Shown piece by piece: positions 57,701-64,000 of a DNA stretch of 64,000 bases (position 1 is its first letter; each line of letters opens with the position of its first letter). Source of the DNA: the human T2T-CHM13v2.0 reference genome, Homo sapiens; the NCBI RefSeq assembly GCF_009914755.1, contig NC_060939.1. The stretch is one strand, 5' to 3'. A program made the translations under genes and the position numbers. Below the pieces are notes generated by a model. It did no database searches. It was not told the DNA's origin and saw only the letters and a list, made by a program, of their open reading frames with translations.

Positions 57701-60700
57701 TTTCCGTTCTGTACGATTCCTACCGTTCGATTTCATTTTGTTCCAGTCCATTCCTTTCGCGTTTATTCCATTCCATTTCACTCCATTCGATTCCATTCCA
57801 CTCGATTCCACTTCGTTCCATTTCATTGCATTCCATTCTATTCAACTCTATTGCCTTCCATTCCATTCCATTCGATTACATTCCATGCGATTCCATTCGA
57901 AATCGAATCAATTACATTGCAAACCATTACTATTGAGTCCGTTTTATTCCAGTCCACTGCATTCTGGTCCATTCCATTTGATTCCATTCCATTCTATTCC
58001 ATTCCATACAGTTGCATTCCATTGGATTCCATGCTATATCTATAAATTCAATTCGAGACCATTGCTTTTGAGTCCATTCTATATGATTCCTTTCCATTCA
58101 ATTCCATTACATTTGGTTCAATTCCATTCCATTCCATTCCCTTTCATTCCATTCCATTTGATATCAATCCATTCGATTCCATTCCATTCGAGCACATTCC
58201 ATTCGAGTCCATTCCATTCGATGCCATTCCATTTGATTCTATTCCATTACTCTCCATTCAATTCCATTAATCTCCATTCCATTCCATTCTACTCCAACTG
58301 ATTCCATTCCATTCTATTCCTTTCCATTCCATTTCATTCCATTCCATTCCATACCATTCCATTCCATTCCATTCCAATCGTGTCCATTCCACTCCAGTCC
58401 ATTCCATTCGTGTTCATTCCATTCCAATCCATTCCATTTGTGTCCACTGCATTCCATTCCACTCCATTCCATATTATTCCATTACACTCCATTCCATTCT
58501 ATTACTTTCATTTCCATTCAATTCCATTCCATTTGATTCCATTCCACTCGGTTTCATTCCATTTGAGTTCACTCCATTCCATTCCATTCCATTCCATTCA
58601 GTTCCATTCCATTCCGTTCCATTACATTCCATTCCATTCGGTACCATTCCATATTGTTCCATTCGATTCCATTCGAATCCATTCCATTGCAGTCCATTCC
58701 ATTCGATTCCATTCCATTCATTTCAATTCCATTCCATTCCATTCCATTCCACTTGATTCCTCTCCATTCCCTTCCACTGCATTCCGTTCGATTCCATTCC
58801 ATTGCATTGCATTCCATTCCATTGGATTGCATTCCATTCGATTCCATTCCATTCGAATCAATTACATAGCAATCCATTACATTCGAGTCTATTCTCTTCC
58901 GTTCCATTCGATTTCGTTCCAATCCATTCGATTCCATTCCATTCGATTCCATTCCATACTATTGTATTCCATTCGATTACATTATATTCGAATAAGTTCC
59001 ATTCAAGACCATTTCTTTTGAGTCCATTCTATTTGAGTCCATTCCCTTTGATTCCATAACATTTGAGTCCATTCAATTCCATTCCTTTCGTTTCCATTCC
59101 ATTTGATGCCATTCCATTCAATTCTGTTCTACTCGACTCCAATACATTCAATTCCATTCCATCCGATTCCATTACATTCTTTTCATTTCTTATCCATTTC
59201 AAGCCATTCCACTCCATTCCATTCCACTCGTTTCCTTTCCATTCGAGTCCATTCCTCTCCAGTCCATTCCGTTCAATCCATTCCATTCCAGTCCATTCCA
59301 TTCGAGTCCGTTCCATTCCAGTCCATTCCATTCGAGTCAATTCCATTCCATTCGATGTCTTTCCATAACGATCCATTCCATTCTATTCCTTTCGATTCCA
59401 TTCCATTCTATTTCATTCCATTCGATTCCCTTCCATTGGACTCCTTTCCATTCGAGTGCATTCCATTCCGTTCCATTTCTTTCCGTTCTGTACGATTCCT
59501 ACCGTTCGATTTCATTTTCTTCCAGTCCATTCTTTCGCGTCCATTCCATTCCATTTCACTCCATTCGATTCCATTCCACTCGATTCCACTTCGTTCCATT
59601 TCATTGCATTCCATTCTATTCAACTCTATTGCCTTCCATTCCATTCCATTCGATTACATTCCATGCGATTCCATTCGAAATCGAATCAATTACATTGCAA
59701 TCCATTACTATTGAGTCCGTTTTATTCCAGTCCACTGCATTCTGGTCCATTCCATTTGATTCCATTCCATTCTATTCCATTCCATACAGTTGCATTCCAT
59801 TGGATTCCATGCTATATCTATAAATTCAATTCGAGACCATTGCTTTTGAGTCCATTCTATATGATTCCATTCCATTCAAGTCCATTACATTTGGTTAAAT
59901 TCCATTCCATTCGGTTCAATTCCATTCCATTCCATTCCCTTCCATTCCATTCCAGTTGATATCAATCCATTGGATTCCATTCCATTCGAGCACATTCCAT
60001 TCGAGTTCATTCCATTCGATGCCATTCCATTTGATTCTATTCCATTAGTCTCCATTCAATTCCATTAATCTCCATTCCATTCCATTCTACTCCAACTGAT
60101 TCCATTCCATTCTATTCCTTTCCATTCCATTTCATTCCATTCCATTCCATTCCATTCCATTCCATTCCATTCCATTCGTGTCCATTCCACTCCAGTCCAT
60201 TCCATTCGTATCCATTCCATTCCAGTCTATTCCATTTGTGTCCACTGCATTCCATTCCACTCCATTCCATATTATTCCATTACACTCCATTCCATTCTAT
60301 TACTTTCATTTCCATTCAATTCCATTCCATTTGATTCCATTCCACTCGGTTTCATTCCATTTGAGTCCACTCCATTCCATTCCATTCCATTCAGTTCCAT
60401 TCCATTCTGTTCCATTCCATTCCGTTCCATTACATTCCATTCCATTCGGTACCATTCCATATTGTTCCATTCGATTCCATTCGAATCCATTCCATTCCAG
60501 TCCATTCCATTCGATTCCATTCCATTCATTTCAATTCCATTCCATTCCATTCCATTACATTCCACTTGATTCCTCTCCATTCCCTTCCACTGTATTCCGT
60601 TCGATTCCATTCCATTGCATTGCATTCCATTCCATTGTATTGCATTCCATTCGATTCCATTCCATTCGAATCAATTACATAGCAATCCATTACATTCGAG

Positions 60701-63700
60701 TCTATTCTATTCCGTTCCATTCGATTTCGTTCCAATCCATTCGATTCCATTCCATTCGATTCCATTCCATACTATTGCATTCCATTCGATTACATTATAT
60801 TCGAATAAGTTCCATTCAAGACCATTTCTTTTGAGTCCATTCTATTTGAGTCCATTCCCTTTGATTCCATAACATTTGAGTCCATTCAATTCCATTCCTT
60901 TCGTTTCCATTCCATTTGATGCCATTCCATTCAATTCTGTTCTACTCGACTCCAATACATTCAATTCCATTCCATCCGATTCCATTACATTCTTTTCATT
61001 TCTTATCCATTTCAAGCCATTCCACTCCATTCCATTCCACTCGTTTCCTTTCCATTCGAGTCCATTCCTCTCCAGTCCATTCCGTTCAATCCATTCCATT
61101 CCAGTCCATTCCATTCGAGTCCGTTCCATTCCAGTCCATTCCATTCGAGTCAATTCCATTCTATTCGATGTCTTTCCATAACGATCCATTCCATTCTATT
61201 CCTTTCGATTCCATTCCATTCTATTTCATTCCATTCGATTCCCTTCCATTGGACTCCTTTCCATTCGAGTGCATTGCATTCCGTTCCATTTCTTTCCGTT
61301 CTGTACGATTCCTACCGTTCGATTTCATTTTGTTCCAGTCCATTCTTTCGCGTCCATTCCATTCCATTTCACTCCATTCGATTCCATTCCACTCGATTCC
61401 ACTTCGTTCCATTTCATTGCATTCCATTCTATTCAACTCTATTGCCTTCCATTCCATTCCATTCGATTACATTCCATGCGATTCCATTCGAAATCGAATC
61501 AATTACATTGCAATCCATTACTATTGAGTCCGTTTTATTCCAGTCCACTGCATTCTGGTCCATTCCATTTGATTCCATTCCATTCTATTCCATTCCATAC
61601 AGTTGCATTCCATTGGATTCCATGCTATATCTATAAATTCAATTCGAGACCATTGCTTTTGAGTCCATTCTATATGATTCCATTCCATTCAAGTCCATTA
61701 CATTTGGTTAAATTCCATTCCATTCGGTTCAATTCCATTCCATTCCATTCCCTTCCATTCCATTCCAGTTGATATCAATCCATTCGATTCCATTCCATTC
61801 GAGCACATTCCATTCGAGTCCATTCCATTCGATGCCATTCCATTTGATTCTATTCCATTAGTCTCCATTCAATTCCATTAATCTCCATTCCATTCCATTC
61901 TACTCCAACTGATTCCATTCCATTCTATTCCTTTCCATTCCATTTCATTCCATTCCATTCCATTCCATTCCATTCCATTCCATTCGTGTCCATTCCACTC
62001 CAGTCCATTCCATTCGTATCCATTCCATTCCAGTCCATTCCATTTGTGTCCACTGCATTCCATTCCACTCCATTCCATATTATTCCATTACACTCCATTC
62101 CATTCTATTACTTTCATTTCCATTCAATTCCATTCCATTTGATTCCATTCCACTCGGTTTCATTCCATTTGAGTCCACTCCATTCCATTCCATTCCATTC
62201 AGTTCCATTCCATTCTGTTCCATTCCATTCCGTTCCATTACATTCCATTCCATTCGGTACCATTCCATATTGTTCCATTCGATTCCATTCGAATCCATTC
62301 CATTCCAGTCCATTCCATTCGATTCCATTCCATTCATTTCAATTCCATTCCATTCCATTCCATTACATTCCACTTGATTCCTCTCCATTCCCTTCCACTG
62401 CATTCCGTTCGATTCCATTCCATTGCATTGCATTCCATTCCATTGGATTGCATTCCATTCGATTCCATTCCATTCGAATCAATTACATAGCAATCCATTA
62501 CATTCGAGTCTATTCTCTTCCGTTCCATTCGATTTCGTTCCAATCCATTCGATTCCATTCCATTCGATTCCATTCCATACTATTGCATTCCATTCGATTA
62601 CATTATATTCGAATAAGTTCCATTCAAGACCATTTCTTTTGAGTCCATTCTATTTGAGTCCATTCCCTTTGATTCCATAACATTTGAGTCCATTCAATTC
62701 CATTCCTTTCGTTTCCATTCCATTTGATGCCATTCCATTCAATTCTGTTCTACTCGACTCCAATACATTCAATTCCATTCCATCCGATTCCATTACATTC
62801 TTTTCATTTCTTATCCATTTCAAGCCATTCCACTCCATTCCATTCCACTCGTTTCCTTTCCATTCGAGTCCATTCCTCTCCAGTCCATTCCGTTCAATCC
62901 ATTCCATTCCAGTCCATTCCATTCGAGTCCGTTCCATTCCAGTCCATTCCATTCGAGTCAATTCCATTCCATTCGATGTCTTTCCATAACGATCCATTCC
63001 ATTCTATTCCTTTCGATTCCATTCCATTCTATTTCATTCCATTCGATTCCCTTCCATTGGACTCCTTTCCATTCGAGTGCATTCCATTCCGTTCCATTTC
63101 TTTCCGTTCTGTACGATTCCTACCGTTCGATTTCATTTTCTTCCAGTCCATTCTTTTGCGTCCATTCCATTCCATTTCACTCCATTCGATTCCATTCCAC
63201 TCGATTCCACTTCGTTCCATTTCATTGCATTCCATTCTATTCAACTCTATTGCCTTCCATTCCATTCCATTCGATTACATTCCATGCGATTCCATTCGAA
63301 ATCGAATCAATTACATTGCAATTCATTACTATTGAGTCCGTTTTATTCCAGTCCACTGCATTCTGGTCCATTCCATTTGATTCCATTCCATTCTATTCCA
63401 TTCCATACAGTTGCATTCCATTGGATTCCATGCTATATCTATAAATTCAATTCGAGACCATTGTTTTTGAGTCCATTCTATATGATTCCATTCCATTCAA
63501 GTCCATTACATTTGGTTAAATTCCATTCCATTCGGTTCAATTCCATTCCATTCCATTCCCTTCCATTCCATTCCAGTTGATATCAATCCATTCGATTCCA
63601 TTCCATTCGAGCACATTCCATTCGAGTCCATTCCATTTGATGCCATTCCATTTGATTCTATTCCATTAGTCTCCATTCAATTCCATTAATCTCCATTCCA

Positions 63701-64000
63701 TTCCATTCTACTCCAACTGATTCCATTCCATTCTATTCCTTTCCATTCCATTTCATTCCATTCCATTCCATTCCATTCCATTCCATTCCATTCCATTCGT
63801 GTCCATTCCACTCCAGTCCATTCCATTCGTATCCATTCCATTCCAGTCCATTCCATTTGTGTCCACTGCATTCCATTCCACTCCATTCCATATTATTCCA
63901 TTACACTCCATTCCATTCTATTACTTTCATTTCCATTCAATTCCATTCCATTTGATTCCATTCCACTCGGTTTCATTCCATTTGAGTCCACTCCATTCCA

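Larger units (their letters stand above)
1..64000 (+). repeat. Human satellite 3 (CATTC)n array with ~1.8 kb tandem unit; probably the D15Z1/HSat3A5-type 1.8 kb KpnI satellite
   Basis: Degenerate CATTC pentamers from end to end on the + strand. The landmark TTGAGTCCATTCAATTCCATTCCTTTCG recurs 35 times (1179, 2973, 4767, 6571, 8375, 10139, 11908 ... 60876, 62684); 32 of the 34 spacings are 1764-1813 bp. GGTACC (e.g. 751) and GATATC (e.g. 261) typically occur once per unit. The CATCAT/CATTCGATTC-dominated pattern of HSat2 is absent. The HSat3 call is firm; the chr15 assignment comes from recalled literature and is less certain. Confidence 0.96.

Noticed and set aside
34-63886. Hundreds of ORFs up to 325 aa (HSIPF repeats on +, MEWNG repeats on -)
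   Set aside because: (CATTC)n has no stop codon in any of six frames. The ORFs overlap in multiple frames, repeat with the unit and are freely frameshifted by 1 and 5 bp indels, so they are not genes.
1-64000. CRISPR-like or other repeat-spacer system
   Set aside because: There are no unique spacers and no associated genes; all sequence between landmarks is itself repeated.
1-64000. HSat2 (chr1 1.77 kb unit) or DYZ1 (3.6 kb unit) identity
   Set aside because: The CATCAT-rich HSat2 pattern is missing. The base period is 1.8 kb, and the 3.6 kb period is only a local duplication.
1-64000. Inversion, transposon insertion or non-satellite island
   Set aside because: None seen. CATTC stays on the + strand throughout, and both abnormal-length units are explained by satellite-internal rearrangements.

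Overview
The whole 64 kb window is one uninterrupted, single-orientation tandem satellite built on the degenerate pentamer (CATTC)n/(GAATG)n, i.e. human satellite 3 (HSat3). It is organised as about 35.5 head-to-tail copies of a ~1.8 kb unit (most 1794-1813 bp), with typically one KpnI and one EcoRV site per unit. This fits the 1.8 kb KpnI satellite D15Z1 of chromosome 15p (subfamily HSat3A5 as I recall it; not verified by alignment). I found no genes, RNA genes, transposons, CRISPR arrays or inversions. All listed ORFs are artefacts of a stop-free pentamer. I cannot support a new biological system here. What is worth a second look is the array's internal history: an ancient partial duplication inside the unit, distinct unit subtypes, a recurring three-unit cassette, recent monomer and dimer duplications, and a 190 bp deletion and a 590 bp compound insertion that hit the same part of the unit.
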